Below the pieces are notes generated by a model. It was not told where the DNA came from. It saw nothing but the letters and a program-made list of their open reading frames with translations, and searched no databases. From Planctomycetota bacterium (lineage in GTDB: Bacteria; Planctomycetota; UBA1135; GCA-002748355), in the NCBI GenBank assembly GCA_002748355.1, contig PDSF01000049.1:7864-71863 (forward strand): DNA of 64,000 nucleotides, given 5' to 3'. A program made the translations under genes and the position numbers. The stretch's first letter is position 1; each line of letters begins with the position of its first letter. Shown here one piece after another: positions 38,545 to 48,288 of this stretch.

Positions 38545-40212
38545 CTAGAAGCCCATGCCACCCATACCGCCCATTCCACCCATACCGCCCATGCCACCCA
38601 TGTCGCCACCGCCGGCCGGCATCGGAGGAGCCTTGACCGGCACTTCCATGACGAGGGCGTCGGTGGTGAGGAGCAGGCTGGAGACGGACACGGCGTTCTG
38701 TAGAGCCGTGCGGGTCACCTTGGCCGGATCGATGACGCCGGCCTTGACCAGGTCGACCATTTCGCCGGTGTTGGCGTTGTAGCCCTTGCTCAGGCCCTCG
38801 GTCTCCTTGACCTTCTGGACGATCACGTTGCCGTCGACGCCGGCGTTCTGGGCGATCGTGCGCAGCGGCGCCTCGACGGCGCGGACGATGATGTCCCGGC
38901 CGAGGCCTTCGTCACCGCTCAGCTCCAGCGCCTTCATGACGCTCTGGCTACGCAGCAGGGTCGTGCCGCCGCCGGGAAGGACGCCTTCCTCGACCGCCGC
39001 GCGCGTGGCATGCAGAGCATCCTCGACGCGGGCCTTCTTCTCCTTCATCTCGGACTCGGTCGCCGCGCCGACGTGGATCTGGGCGACGCCGCCGGAGAGC
39101 TTGGCCAGACGTTCCTGGAGCTTTTCGCGATCGTAGTCCGACTTGGTGTTGTCGATCTCGGCCTTGATCGTGGCGATGCGCGCCTGGATGTCCTTGTTCT
39201 TGCCTTCGCCCTCGATGATGGTCGTGTTGTCCTTGGTGACGATGACCTTCTTGGCCTGGCCGAGGTCGCTGAGCTGCAAGCCCTCGAGCTTGATGCCGAG
39301 TTCTTCGAAGATCGCAGTGCCGCCGGTCAGGACGCCCAGGTCTTCGAGCATGGCCTTGCGGCGATCGCCAAAGCCGGGGGCCTTGATGGCGCAGGCGTTG
39401 AAGGTTCCGCGGAGCTTATTGACGACGAGGGTCGCGAGTGCCTCACCCTCGATGTCCTCGGCGACGATGAGCAGCGGGCGGCTGCTCTTGGCGACGGACT
39501 CGAGCAGGGGCAGCATGTCCTTGATCGTCGAGAGCTTCTTCTCATGGATTAGGACGTAGGGGTGCTCGAGCACTGCTTCCATGCGCTCGGCGTTGGTCGT
39601 GAAGTGCGGGCTCAGGTAGCCCTTGTCGAACTGCATGCCTTCGACCCACTCGACGGCGGTGTCGAGGGACTTGCCTTCCTCGACCGTGATGACGCCGTCC
39701 TTACCGACCTTCTCGAAGGCCTCGGCGATCATGCCGCCGATCTCTTCGTCGTTGTTCGAGGCGATGGTCGCGACCTGAGCGATCTCGGACTTGTCCTTGA
39801 TCGGCTTGGCCTGCTTGTGGATCTGCTCGACCACTGCTTCGACGGCCTTCTCCATGCCGCGCTTCAGGGCGATGGGGTTGGCGCCGGCGGTGACGTTGCG
39901 CAGGCCTTCCTCGTAGATGGACTCGGCGAGGACGGTCGCGGTCGTGGTGCCGTCGCCGGCGACGTTGGAGGTCTTGGTCGAGACTTCCTTCACCAGCTGG
40001 GCGCCCATGTTCTCATACTTGTCCTCAAGCTCGATCTCCTTGGCGACGGTCACACCGTCCTTGGTGACGGTGGGGGAGCCGAAGGACTTCTCGATGACGA
40101 CGTTGCGGCCACGGGGGCCGAGCGTGACCTTGACGGCGCGGGCTAGCTTGCGGATGCCTTCGCGAATGCGCTCACGTGCTTCCTGGTCGTACGCGATCTT
40201 CTTGACTGCCAT
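38545..40212 (-). CDS. groEL: Chaperonin GroEL
   Basis: [21 protein letters not shown]-repeat tail. Confidence 0.99.
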   Translation of the reverse strand: MAVKKIAYDQEARERIREGIRKLARAVKVTLGPRGRNVVIEKSFGSPTVTKDGVTVAKEIELEDKYENMGAQLVKEVSTKTSNVAGDGTTTATVLAESIYEEGLRNVTAGANPIALKRGMEKAVEAVVEQIHKQAKPIKDKSEIAQVATIASNNDEEIGGMIAEAFEKVGKDGVITVEEGKSLDTAVEWVEGMQFDKGYLSPHFTTNAERMEAVLEHPYVLIHEKKLSTIKDMLPLLESVAKSSRPLLIVAEDIEGEALATLVVNKLRGTFNACAIKAPGFGDRRKAMLEDLGVLTGGTAIFEELGIKLEGLQLSDLGQAKKVIVTKDNTTIIEGEGKNKDIQARIATIKAEIDNTKSDYDREKLQERLAKLSGGVAQIHVGAATESEMKEKKARVEDALHATRAAVEEGVLPGGGTTLLRSQSVMKALELSGDEGLGRDIIVRAVEAPLRTIAQNAGVDGNVIVQKVKETEGLSKGYNANTGEMVDLVKAGVIDPAKVTRTALQNAVSVSSLLLTTDALVMEVPVKAPPMPAGGGDMGGMGGMGGMGGMGGMGF

Positions 40213-40258
40213 AATTCTCTCTCTGCTTGTTATGTCGTTCGTGCGATCAGGGGGTTCG

Positions 40259-40564
40259 TCAGTCGACGATCGCGAGGATCTCGTCTTCGGTAAGGATCAA
40301 GTAGTCCTCGCCCTCGAACTTGACCTCGGTGCCTGCGTAGCTGCTGAAGATGACGCGGTCGTTCTTCTTGACCGAGAACTCAGCGCGCTCACCGCTGTCG
40401 AGGAGACGGCCCTTGCCGACGGCAATGACCTTGCCCTCCTTGGGCTTCTCTTTCGCGCTGTCGGGGAGGACGATGCCGCCCTTGGTCACTTCCTCCGCCT
40501 CTAGGCGCTGGACGAGGATGCGGTCGCCGAGGGGAACGATCGTCGGGGTTTTGGTCTTGGCCAT
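40259..40564 (-). CDS. groES: Co-chaperonin GroES
   Basis: [23 protein letters not shown]. Confidence 0.98.
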   Translation of the reverse strand: MAKTKTPTIVPLGDRILVQRLEAEEVTKGGIVLPDSAKEKPKEGKVIAVGKGRLLDSGERAEFSVKKNDRVIFSSYAGTEVKFEGEDYLILTEDEILAIVD

Positions 40565-40639
40565 TACTTGTCTCCTACAAAGCCACGTTTTCTGGGATGA
40601 ATGAGGGTCGTTGGGCGCGCCGAGGCGGCCCGGAAGGTC

Positions 40640-41284
40640 TTAGTTCCAGTGCCCGGGTGCTGGTCTCTCGCGACGCGCGCGGGGGCCAATGGAGGGCTCG
40701 AGCTGGATGTCGAGGATGGGGAGCAGATTGATGGGGAGATAGAAGCGCAGGGGCTGCGGCAGCATGTCGCCGTCGTGCGGCAGCGGGCCGACGAGGCTCA
40801 GGCTGACCTCGGCGCTACCGTCGCCTCTGCGAACGGCGCTCCACGCCAGCCCTTCGATCTGCATGTCCGGGATGGAGCGGTAGAGCTCCCAGAGGGAGCC
40901 GAGGATCTGGTCGACGGAGAAGGGCTTCTCCAGGAAGCGGAAAGCTCCGAGGCCCAGCGCGTCGCATTGTTCTTCGGGGCTCGCCTCTGCGGAGACCAAG
41001 ATGCAGGGCAGGGCGTTTGGGAGCTGCTCGGGGATCCCGCGCTCTTCGGAGCTATTGCGCTGCAGCAGTTCGCGGCGCCAGACTTCGAGCACCTGAATGC
41101 CGGTCATGCGCGGCATGTGCAGGTCCAGGATCGAGAGTTCGGGGTGCTGCGTCCGCATCAGTTCCAGGGCTTCTGCTCCGTCGCCAGCCTCCAGGACTTG
41201 AAAGCCCAGGCGCGCGAGGATCTCGCCCAGCGTTTCACGCAGGGCGTCGTCGTCGTCGGCAATGAGGATGCGGCGCTGGCTCAT
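40640..41284 (-). CDS. Response regulator (receiver + uncharacterised C-terminal region)
   Basis: ILIADDD, LDLHMPRMTG, VSA, KPF. Confidence 0.85.
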   Translation of the reverse strand: MSQRRILIADDDDALRETLGEILARLGFQVLEAGDGAEALELMRTQHPELSILDLHMPRMTGIQVLEVWRRELLQRNSSEERGIPEQLPNALPCILVSAEASPEEQCDALGLGAFRFLEKPFSVDQILGSLWELYRSIPDMQIEGLAWSAVRRGDGSAEVSLSLVGPLPHDGDMLPQPLRFYLPINLLPILDIQLEPSIGPRARRERPAPGHWN

Positions 41285-41684
41285 GGCAGGTACTGGAACT
41301 CGTGGAGCGCGCGCGTCTAGCAAGGGGCGTGCCGTACTCGGCAGGAGGATACAAGGTCTTGGGGCATAGGCCCTTCAGTGCTGGAGCCCAGCCGGAGTGC
41401 TCGCCGCCTTGCCAAACTGTCCGCCTCTCTGAGAGGCTGGGCTGCCATGCTGTCAGCGCAGCCTCGGGCGCTTGGGCTGAGAGATCCTAGGGCAGGGCCT
41501 TGTCCGCAGGGGCGAAGGCGGGGCTGCAGGCAGGATCTGTGCCAGCGATCGCAGCTAGCCCGGCCAACTGGCTTTGGGCTGGCGCCCGCGGGCAAGGGCG
41601 AGAACGGGGTCGCGATAGGAGCTATCGCGGCCCATGGTAGCGGCGAGTGATCGCAGCGAAGCCAGGCTGGAAAGAGGAAGAGAG

Positions 41685-42464
41685 ATGAGCGACGGACTGC
41701 AGAAACAATTCATTCTCGTCAGCGGTGGTGGCAGCGGCATCGGCCGCGGCATCGCGCTGCGTCTCGCGGCGGAAGGCGCCAGCGTGACGATACTCGGGCG
41801 CCGCCAGCAAACCCTTGCCGAGACGGCCGAACTCTCGGCGGCAGCCGGCCACCCGCTTGAGTATCGGGTGCTCGACATCACCGATGCCGCTGCCGTCGAC
41901 ACGGCGCTTGCCGAGCTTGCGGAGGCCCATGGCGGGCGCATCGATGCCGTTGTCAACAATGCCGGGCTCGGCGGCCCGAACGCTTGCTCGACAGAGGGAG
42001 AGGATCGCTGGTCCGAGCTGCTTGCGGTCAACCTCGATGGGAGCTTCTTTTTGACCCGTGCGGCGCTGCGCGCGATGCCCGAAGGCGGCCGCGTGGTCAA
42101 CATGAGTTCGGTGCTCGGCAAGTTCGGTGTGCCCGGCTACACCGGCTACTGCACCGCCAAGCACGGGATCATCGGCTTCACCAAGGCCCTGGCTCTGGAG
42201 CTGGCCCCGCGAAACATCACCGTCAACGCCATCTGCCCGGGTTGGGTAGAGACCGAGATGGCGCGGGCAGGCATGGAGAGGTTGGCCGAGGATGTAGGCG
42301 TCAGCTACGAGGAGGCTCGCGCCACGGCGCTGGCGCAGGTGCCCCTCGGGAGGATACTCCAGCCCGACGAGATTGCCGGGCTTGTGCTTTGGCTGCTGTC
42401 GAGTGAGTCCTCCGGGATGACCGGGCAGGCGATCAACTTTTCGGGAGGTTCGGCGATGTGGTGA
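41685..42464 (+). CDS. SDR family NAD(P)-dependent oxidoreductase
   Basis: GGGSGIG, NNAG, YCTAK, ICPGWVETEM. Confidence 0.93.
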   Translation: MSDGLQKQFILVSGGGSGIGRGIALRLAAEGASVTILGRRQQTLAETAELSAAAGHPLEYRVLDITDAAAVDTALAELAEAHGGRIDAVVNNAGLGGPNACSTEGEDRWSELLAVNLDGSFFLTRAALRAMPEGGRVVNMSSVLGKFGVPGYTGYCTAKHGIIGFTKALALELAPRNITVNAICPGWVETEMARAGMERLAEDVGVSYEEARATALAQVPLGRILQPDEIAGLVLWLLSSESSGMTGQAINFSGGSAMW

Positions 42465-42657
42465 GCTGAGGGGGGATCCCAGACTCTGCTTGCCGTAGCG
42501 CCCGAAGGGCTCCAGCTTGCGCCGTGACTCGTCCGAAACGTGGTCAGGGCGGCCCGCGCCGGCCTTTTTCAACAGCCTGCCAGGCCAGGTCGATGTCCCC
42601 GATTCACAGCGAAACGACCCTTACCGAGATCGCTCCGGGCCCAGAGAGGGTAGCCGT

Positions 42658-43434
42658 ATGCTAGAGATGACGGCAGCGCGATGGCCGCGGGGATGGCGGC
42701 GAAAAACTGGCCAGGTCTTTTTGGCCCTTCACCTCGCTTTGCTCGCTGCCTGTGGCAGCACTGCGCCGCCGCCGCGAGTTCAGGCGCCGGCAGATTTCTC
42801 GCTCTTCCTCGGGCTGGGGCGGGAGGACGGGACCGCCAGCCGTTGCGAGCTGTGGCTGGAGCCCAAGCCTGGCGGCGAGCGCCTTTGGAGCCTGCGCTTG
42901 CGCCGGGCCGCGCCGGGCAAGCTGCCCTTGCTCTTCGATCGTGTTGCCCTGCGAGAGTTGCCAGGGCACCGGGTCGATCGGCTGTACCGGGACCTGATTC
43001 GAGCCCATGCCTTTGCCGTTCCGACCTGGCTGGAGAACGCTCCGCTGGCAGAGGCCGCGCCCTTGACCCTGAGTATGCGCTCGCGCGGGGCGCGGCGGCA
43101 CTGCTGCGCGATCGGGCGCATGGATGATCGCTTGCTGAGAGCCCTGCGCACGATCGATGGCTGGTCGCCGCTGCGCCTCGCTCCCTGGCCGGATTGGCTC
43201 GCCCCGTATTTCAGTGACAACGATCCGCGGGCTGAGCTGGTCGCCGATGCCGAGGCCGCTGTGCGGATGCATCGGGCCTGGCTTGCAGAGAAGCCGGACT
43301 TCACGCGTCTGCACCTCGACCTCTTTGCCTTGTTTGTGATGCTCGGCCGGGACGAATATGCCCGCTTCGAGCTTGAGCAGCTGCCGGCGGAGTTGCGGCA
43401 AAGCCTCGGAGATCGAGTCCTGCCTCGGCGATAG
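42658..43434 (+). CDS. Hypothetical lipoprotein
   Basis: Lipobox LAAC after a basic/hydrophobic leader. Confidence 0.6.
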   Translation: MLEMTAARWPRGWRRKTGQVFLALHLALLAACGSTAPPPRVQAPADFSLFLGLGREDGTASRCELWLEPKPGGERLWSLRLRRAAPGKLPLLFDRVALRELPGHRVDRLYRDLIRAHAFAVPTWLENAPLAEAAPLTLSMRSRGARRHCCAIGRMDDRLLRALRTIDGWSPLRLAPWPDWLAPYFSDNDPRAELVADAEAAVRMHRAWLAEKPDFTRLHLDLFALFVMLGRDEYARFELEQLPAELRQSLGDRVLPRR

Positions 43435-43461
43435 CCCTGCTTGGCTGCCGGAGGTCTATCG

Positions 43462-44073
43462 CTAAGTCCAGGCGTGTAGGGCTGCGAGGGATAGGGTAGT
43501 CCAGGCCAGGCCGACGGCGGCTTCACGCATGCCGACGCGTCTGAGTCCGATCTTGGGCGAGATCTTGCCTCGTAGCATGCCGGTGCGGACATGGAAGCAG
43601 CGCCAAGCGAACATGGGAGCCAGGAGTGCGAGGAGGAGGAGGCTCGGCACCCGTGGGGCTCCGCCCGCGCGGGCACAAGCCGGAGCAGCAAGGGCGAGGA
43701 GCATGACGCCGCAGGCGAGAGTGCTGGGAGCGAAGAAGCCCTTGCGGCGGGCGAGCATGGCGGTCACCAGCAAGAGCAGGGTCGCCGGCACGGCATAGGC
43801 CAGGACCCGCGGCTCGATCGGCCTGCTGAACAGGAGCAGGGTGGATGCTAGGAGCAGGATGCCTGAGATCAGGAGTCGACGCTGCTTGTGCCTCTTGCGT
43901 GCGAGGGCTCCCGCAAGGATGAAGCCAGCGACCGCGATGCCGCCGACAGCGAGCGAGGAGACGGGGTGGTGCGGCAGTGCCAGCACGAGCCCGGCGAGCA
44001 CCGAAAGTCCGAGATAGACCCAGGCGCCGTGGGCGCGAAGCGGGTCTGGGACTCGGTGGAAGAGTTCGCTCAT
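43462..44073 (-). CDS. YwiC-like membrane protein
   Basis: N-terminal HGAW motif; multiple TM helices. Confidence 0.65.
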   Translation of the reverse strand: MSELFHRVPDPLRAHGAWVYLGLSVLAGLVLALPHHPVSSLAVGGIAVAGFILAGALARKRHKQRRLLISGILLLASTLLLFSRPIEPRVLAYAVPATLLLLVTAMLARRKGFFAPSTLACGVMLLALAAPACARAGGAPRVPSLLLLALLAPMFAWRCFHVRTGMLRGKISPKIGLRRVGMREAAVGLAWTTLSLAALHAWT

Positions 44074-44161
44074 GGAGGGAGTTTCGACAAGGCCCAGGGC
44101 CATGGGCATTGGCTGCCGGCAGCTTTCCCCTAGGAATCAGTGCGTACAGGATTGGCCCGGG

Positions 44162-45415
44162 TCAGCTCTGGCTCAGCTTCTGCTTGAGGTACTCTTCGAG
44201 CATGTGCCACTGTGCGTGAAGGTCGTCTTGGTCACAGGCATGTGGACGCTTGAAGAACGCGGCTAGGTGCAGCATCGGGCCGGTTTCTCCGTGGCGCAAG
44301 GCAAGCTCGCTGAGGCGCACCATGTCGATGACCAGTGGCGCCGCCAGCACCGCGTCCACGCCCTGCCAGGTGAACTGTAGGCTCATCTGGTGGTCGAGGA
44401 ATCCGGCAAAGTGGACGAAGTCCCATGCCGTCTTGCGGTCACCCAGGGACGGCACGAAGTCGATCTCGACCTTGGTGTGCGGGGCGTAGCCGAGGATGCT
44501 CTCAAGCAGAGAATCCTTGGTTTGGACCTTGGAGGCCTTGTTCTCGTCCGAGTCGAGGATCCTCCCGTCGCGATCTCCGAGCATGTTGTAGCCCTGCCAG
44601 CTCATCACCTGCAGGTTGCGATACTTGAACATGGGGGCTAGGGCGCTCTTGACCAGGGTTTCGCCGGTCTTGCCGTCGCGGCCCATGTAGGGCAGGCCTT
44701 GGTTTTGGAACAGCTCACAGATCGCTGGGATCAGAGTCGCGTCGCTCGGAGTGAAGTGCAGGAAGGGGCAGGCTTCTTTCGCTGCCGCATAGGCGTAGAG
44801 GGTCGAGGGGCGGACTAGGCGCTTCTGATCCTTGTCGAGAGCCTTCTCGAAGAGGGCTAGCTTGCTGTGGGCGCGAGCACTGCGCAGTGGCGGCTCGGTC
44901 GAGGCGAGGTTGACGACGATCAGGGTGTCTAGCTTCTTGCGCTCTTTGAAGGAACGCAGGTCGGCACGCAGCGAGTCGGTGATCTCCCGGAGGCTGCGAG
45001 TATCCTCTTGATGTTCTTTGTCGGCGATGGCGCGGATGGCTTTGCCGGCTTCGCGAGCGCTGCCGGTGCGGACTTCGGCGTCGAAGCCTGCGAAGTCGCG
45101 GCTCAGGGCCTTGATGAACTCCGGGGAGATCGAGCCGGAATCGCGGCGGATCTCGTCGGCGCAGTCCTTGGTCGAGCAGCTACGGATGTCGTGGCCGCCG
45201 AAGACGAGCTGGTCTACAGCGACCAGGTCCAGCGGCCCGAAAGGCGGGGTCTCGGTCAAGAGTCCTGCCGCACTGGTGAGGCCACGTGCGTAGGCCCGTG
45301 CTCCGGCGATCAGAGTCGTGGCCAGGCCGCCGCGGGCACCGACGAGCCATACTCCGAGGCGGCGACGGGACTTGCGGGTCGGCTTCGAGCTCTTCCGGCG
45401 GGTTTTCTGAGGCAT
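44162..45415 (-). CDS. Myo-inositol-1-phosphate (inositol-3-phosphate) synthase
   Basis: GVWLVGARGG, VVNLASTE, GRDGKTGETLVK, NMLGDRDG, DRKTAWD, LAAPLVID, FFKRP. Confidence 0.92.
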   Translation of the reverse strand: MPQKTRRKSSKPTRKSRRRLGVWLVGARGGLATTLIAGARAYARGLTSAAGLLTETPPFGPLDLVAVDQLVFGGHDIRSCSTKDCADEIRRDSGSISPEFIKALSRDFAGFDAEVRTGSAREAGKAIRAIADKEHQEDTRSLREITDSLRADLRSFKERKKLDTLIVVNLASTEPPLRSARAHSKLALFEKALDKDQKRLVRPSTLYAYAAAKEACPFLHFTPSDATLIPAICELFQNQGLPYMGRDGKTGETLVKSALAPMFKYRNLQVMSWQGYNMLGDRDGRILDSDENKASKVQTKDSLLESILGYAPHTKVEIDFVPSLGDRKTAWDFVHFAGFLDHQMSLQFTWQGVDAVLAAPLVIDMVRLSELALRHGETGPMLHLAAFFKRPHACDQDDLHAQWHMLEEYLKQKLSQS

Positions 45416-45563
45416 GCAAGCGCTCCGGGACAGTTTCACCAAAGGGGCTGTTTGGCGAATTGAGGCAAACACGGTAGCGCCGGGCCTGGCCCATTTCCGC
45501 TATGTGCCAGTGCGGATCTTGTGGGATCAAGCAGCGACTCCTTCGCGTCGATAGCAAGGTGAG

Positions 45564-47117
45564 ATGAACTCGCGCTGGCTCCCCCTGCTTCTGATTATTT
45601 TCTCGATCCTCCTCGGGCTGGCCTTGATGTCTCCGGCGCTGGGGGAGATGGGGGGCGATAGCGCCCAGTATCTGATGCTGAGCGAGTCCCTGCTGCAGGG
45701 TTGTGGCTACCGTGACACGCACCTTCTTGCTGCCCCGCTGCACACCCACTACCCGCCGGGCTTCTCGCTCCTGCTGCTGCCGGGTGTCGCGCTCTTCGGC
45801 GCCCATGCGTTCTTGCTGCACAAGTCGCTGATCCTCTTCTGCGCTGGACTCGCACTCTGGCTCTCGTACCGCCTGGCTCTGCGGCGGCTGCCGCCGCGCT
45901 TGGCGCTGCTGGTTCCGTTCTTCCTTGGAACGGCTGTGGGCTGGGTCATGCAGAGCGTCCGCATCCAATCGGAGATGGCCTTTACCTGCCTACTCCTGGC
46001 CTTCCTTTTGGAAAGTGAGCGAGCCAGGCCTCGGCGGGGGATCATGTTGCTTTGGGCAGCCCTCGCTTTTTTCGTGCGCACGGCAGGGCTGGCGGCGCTG
46101 CTGGTTCTGCCCTTTGTCCGGCGGCCGCTTCGTCGGCCTGATTGGGTATCGGGTCTCGTGGCCCTACTGCTGGTGGCGGGGTGGATCCTCTACGGGAAGC
46201 TGTTTGGCGGCGGGACCTGGAGTTATGCCGATGAGCTAGCCTTTCGCTCTGGAGGGCTGAGTGGGCTGCCGGGCTTTCTTTGGGACGGTCTGCTGTTCCA
46301 GGGCCAAGGGATAGGGCATCTGGCGATCAGCCATTGGGATCTTGCTCGTTCTCCCTGGCTGCCTCTCCTGCCGCTGGCCATCATCTTGGCTGGTTTTGGC
46401 TATGAGTTGCGCCGGGCTCGCACTATCGAATGGCTGTTTCTTGCTGGCTTCGCGCTCTGCGTCCTGGCTCCGGAGCGGACCGGCCGCTACCTGCTGCCGC
46501 TATTCCCGCTGATCGCCCTCTATTTGCTGTCCGGGTTGCGCTTGATCTGCCTCCTCCTGCACGGGCTCCATCAAGCCGGCTGGCTACGCCAGATTCCCGC
46601 TATCGCGGTCGCGGGCTTTGCGCTGCTGCATCTGCACCAGACGGCTCTGGTCTTGAAGAGTCGGCATAGCAGCAGGGTGGTTGATCCGCCGCCGCTGCTG
46701 CGGGAGGAGCTTGGCTCTCTGGCCTTCGAGCAGTGGGAGGAATCTTGGGGCTTGCCGCGGACGGCTCAAGCTGATCGCTACGTCCGGGCCTATGGGCGGT
46801 TTTTGCTGCTGCTCCGGGGCGCCCGCAGTTGCTTGCCAAAGGATGCGGTGCTGGCCCATCGCAAGCCGCGGTTCGTGTCCTTTTTGACCGGCCGTCCTTG
46901 TGAGCCGATGCCCGATCCCAAGGACCCGGCCAAGCTCGGTGAGGAGCTACGGGCTGCGGGGGTCACGCACGTGGTCGACGCTGGGCTCTTCGTCCAGATG
47001 CGACGGGTGCTGAAGGCTGCGGGCGAGGGATTGAGGCTGGAGCCGGTGTTCCAGGTTCACGGCGCTCGCCTCCTGGCCCTGCCGCCGCTGCCGGGAGAGG
47101 TTCCGCGTAGACGTTGA
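45564..47117 (+). CDS. GT-C fold (ArnT/PMT-like) membrane glycosyltransferase
   Basis: GDSAQY, YPPGF, SEMAF, RYLLPLFP; many TM segments. Confidence 0.75.
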   Translation: MNSRWLPLLLIIFSILLGLALMSPALGEMGGDSAQYLMLSESLLQGCGYRDTHLLAAPLHTHYPPGFSLLLLPGVALFGAHAFLLHKSLILFCAGLALWLSYRLALRRLPPRLALLVPFFLGTAVGWVMQSVRIQSEMAFTCLLLAFLLESERARPRRGIMLLWAALAFFVRTAGLAALLVLPFVRRPLRRPDWVSGLVALLLVAGWILYGKLFGGGTWSYADELAFRSGGLSGLPGFLWDGLLFQGQGIGHLAISHWDLARSPWLPLLPLAIILAGFGYELRRARTIEWLFLAGFALCVLAPERTGRYLLPLFPLIALYLLSGLRLICLLLHGLHQAGWLRQIPAIAVAGFALLHLHQTALVLKSRHSSRVVDPPPLLREELGSLAFEQWEESWGLPRTAQADRYVRAYGRFLLLLRGARSCLPKDAVLAHRKPRFVSFLTGRPCEPMPDPKDPAKLGEELRAAGVTHVVDAGLFVQMRRVLKAAGEGLRLEPVFQVHGARLLALPPLPGEVPRRR

Positions 47118-47154
47118 CGAGACTTTGAGGCCGCTTGGCGCTAATTTCTCGTCC

Positions 47155-48138
47155 ATGCAAACACTTCTTTCTCTATCCGTTTTAGTCGCCCTGCTTGCTC
47201 CTGTTGCCAAGGAGCCGGCTGACAAACTCGAAACAACGACCGGTGAGAGCTTCAGCGGCAAGCTGATTGGCATGGCCAATGGCCAGCTGAACTTCGAATC
47301 CGAAGCAGGCGGGAAAATCTTGATCCCGCAAGGGAAGGTCAAGTCTCTGACGACCGACGAGGTGCACGAAGTCGTGCTCAAGGACGGCAAGAAGAGCCAA
47401 ATCAAGTTCGATGCTGCCGGCCCGGAAGACTTCTTCGGCATCAGCGCGATTAGCCCGGAGGAAGCGCCGCGCCCCTGGGAAGCCAGTGCTGCGCTGGGTG
47501 CCTCCCAGTCATTCGGCAATAGCGAGGTCACTCAAATCGTTCTCGCCGCCAATGGTCTCTATCGTTTGCAAGGGCAGGATCGCCTCAGTGGAGAAGCGTC
47601 TTGGCTCTACAACGAAGAGAAGAACATGACGACGAAGCAGCGCAATATCACCCAGCGTCGTCTCGCTGGCGCTGTGCAGTACGACAAGTTCTTCAATGAG
47701 CAGCTCTACGGCTTTGCCCGCGTTTCGGCCGAGAACGACCGGGAGCAGGGCCTTGAGCTTCGCTTCCAGCCTAGTGTTGGTCTCGGTTATCAGTTCTTCG
47801 ATACGCCTGTGGCAAGGTTGTCGGCAGAGGCTGGTCTTGCCTGGCGTTACGAGGACTACCGGGGCGCTGGTCCGGATGATTCCGCTTCGGTTCGCGTCGC
47901 TGTTAGCTATGTGCGGCAGCTGCTCGATAACTTGAATTACAATCTCGATGCCGAGTGGCTACCAAGCCTCGAAGATGGCAACGATCACATCGTGAAGATG
48001 CGTAACCGCCTCTCGAGTTCGCTTGGTGGCGGCTTTACTGCTGCGTTTACCTGGGAGTTCGATCACAATAGCGAGCCGGCTTCCGGTAATAAGCGCAATG
48101 ATCATCGGTTCTTCCTGACTGTCGGCGTGAGCTTCTGA
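47155..48138 (+). CDS. DUF481 family outer-membrane beta-barrel protein
   Basis: Signal peptide, GNSE motif, GLGYQF, terminal Phe. Confidence 0.85.
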   Translation: MQTLLSLSVLVALLAPVAKEPADKLETTTGESFSGKLIGMANGQLNFESEAGGKILIPQGKVKSLTTDEVHEVVLKDGKKSQIKFDAAGPEDFFGISAISPEEAPRPWEASAALGASQSFGNSEVTQIVLAANGLYRLQGQDRLSGEASWLYNEEKNMTTKQRNITQRRLAGAVQYDKFFNEQLYGFARVSAENDREQGLELRFQPSVGLGYQFFDTPVARLSAEAGLAWRYEDYRGAGPDDSASVRVAVSYVRQLLDNLNYNLDAEWLPSLEDGNDHIVKMRNRLSSSLGGGFTAAFTWEFDHNSEPASGNKRNDHRFFLTVGVSF

Positions 48139-48288
48139 TCCTTACGTGATGTGAACTGCACGCGTGAACTGGGCACGGCCTATTGAGGCCGTGCGGCAAA
48201 GCGCAGGGGCCAGGGCACCGGTCCCTGCGTTTGCTTCTGCGCTGGTTTTTGTGCGCTGATCGGGGCGTCCCGAGGGGAATCTAATACG

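Noticed and set aside
38550-38610. Short tandem repeats at the groEL 3' end
   Set aside because: They encode the ordinary GGM tail; not a CRISPR array.
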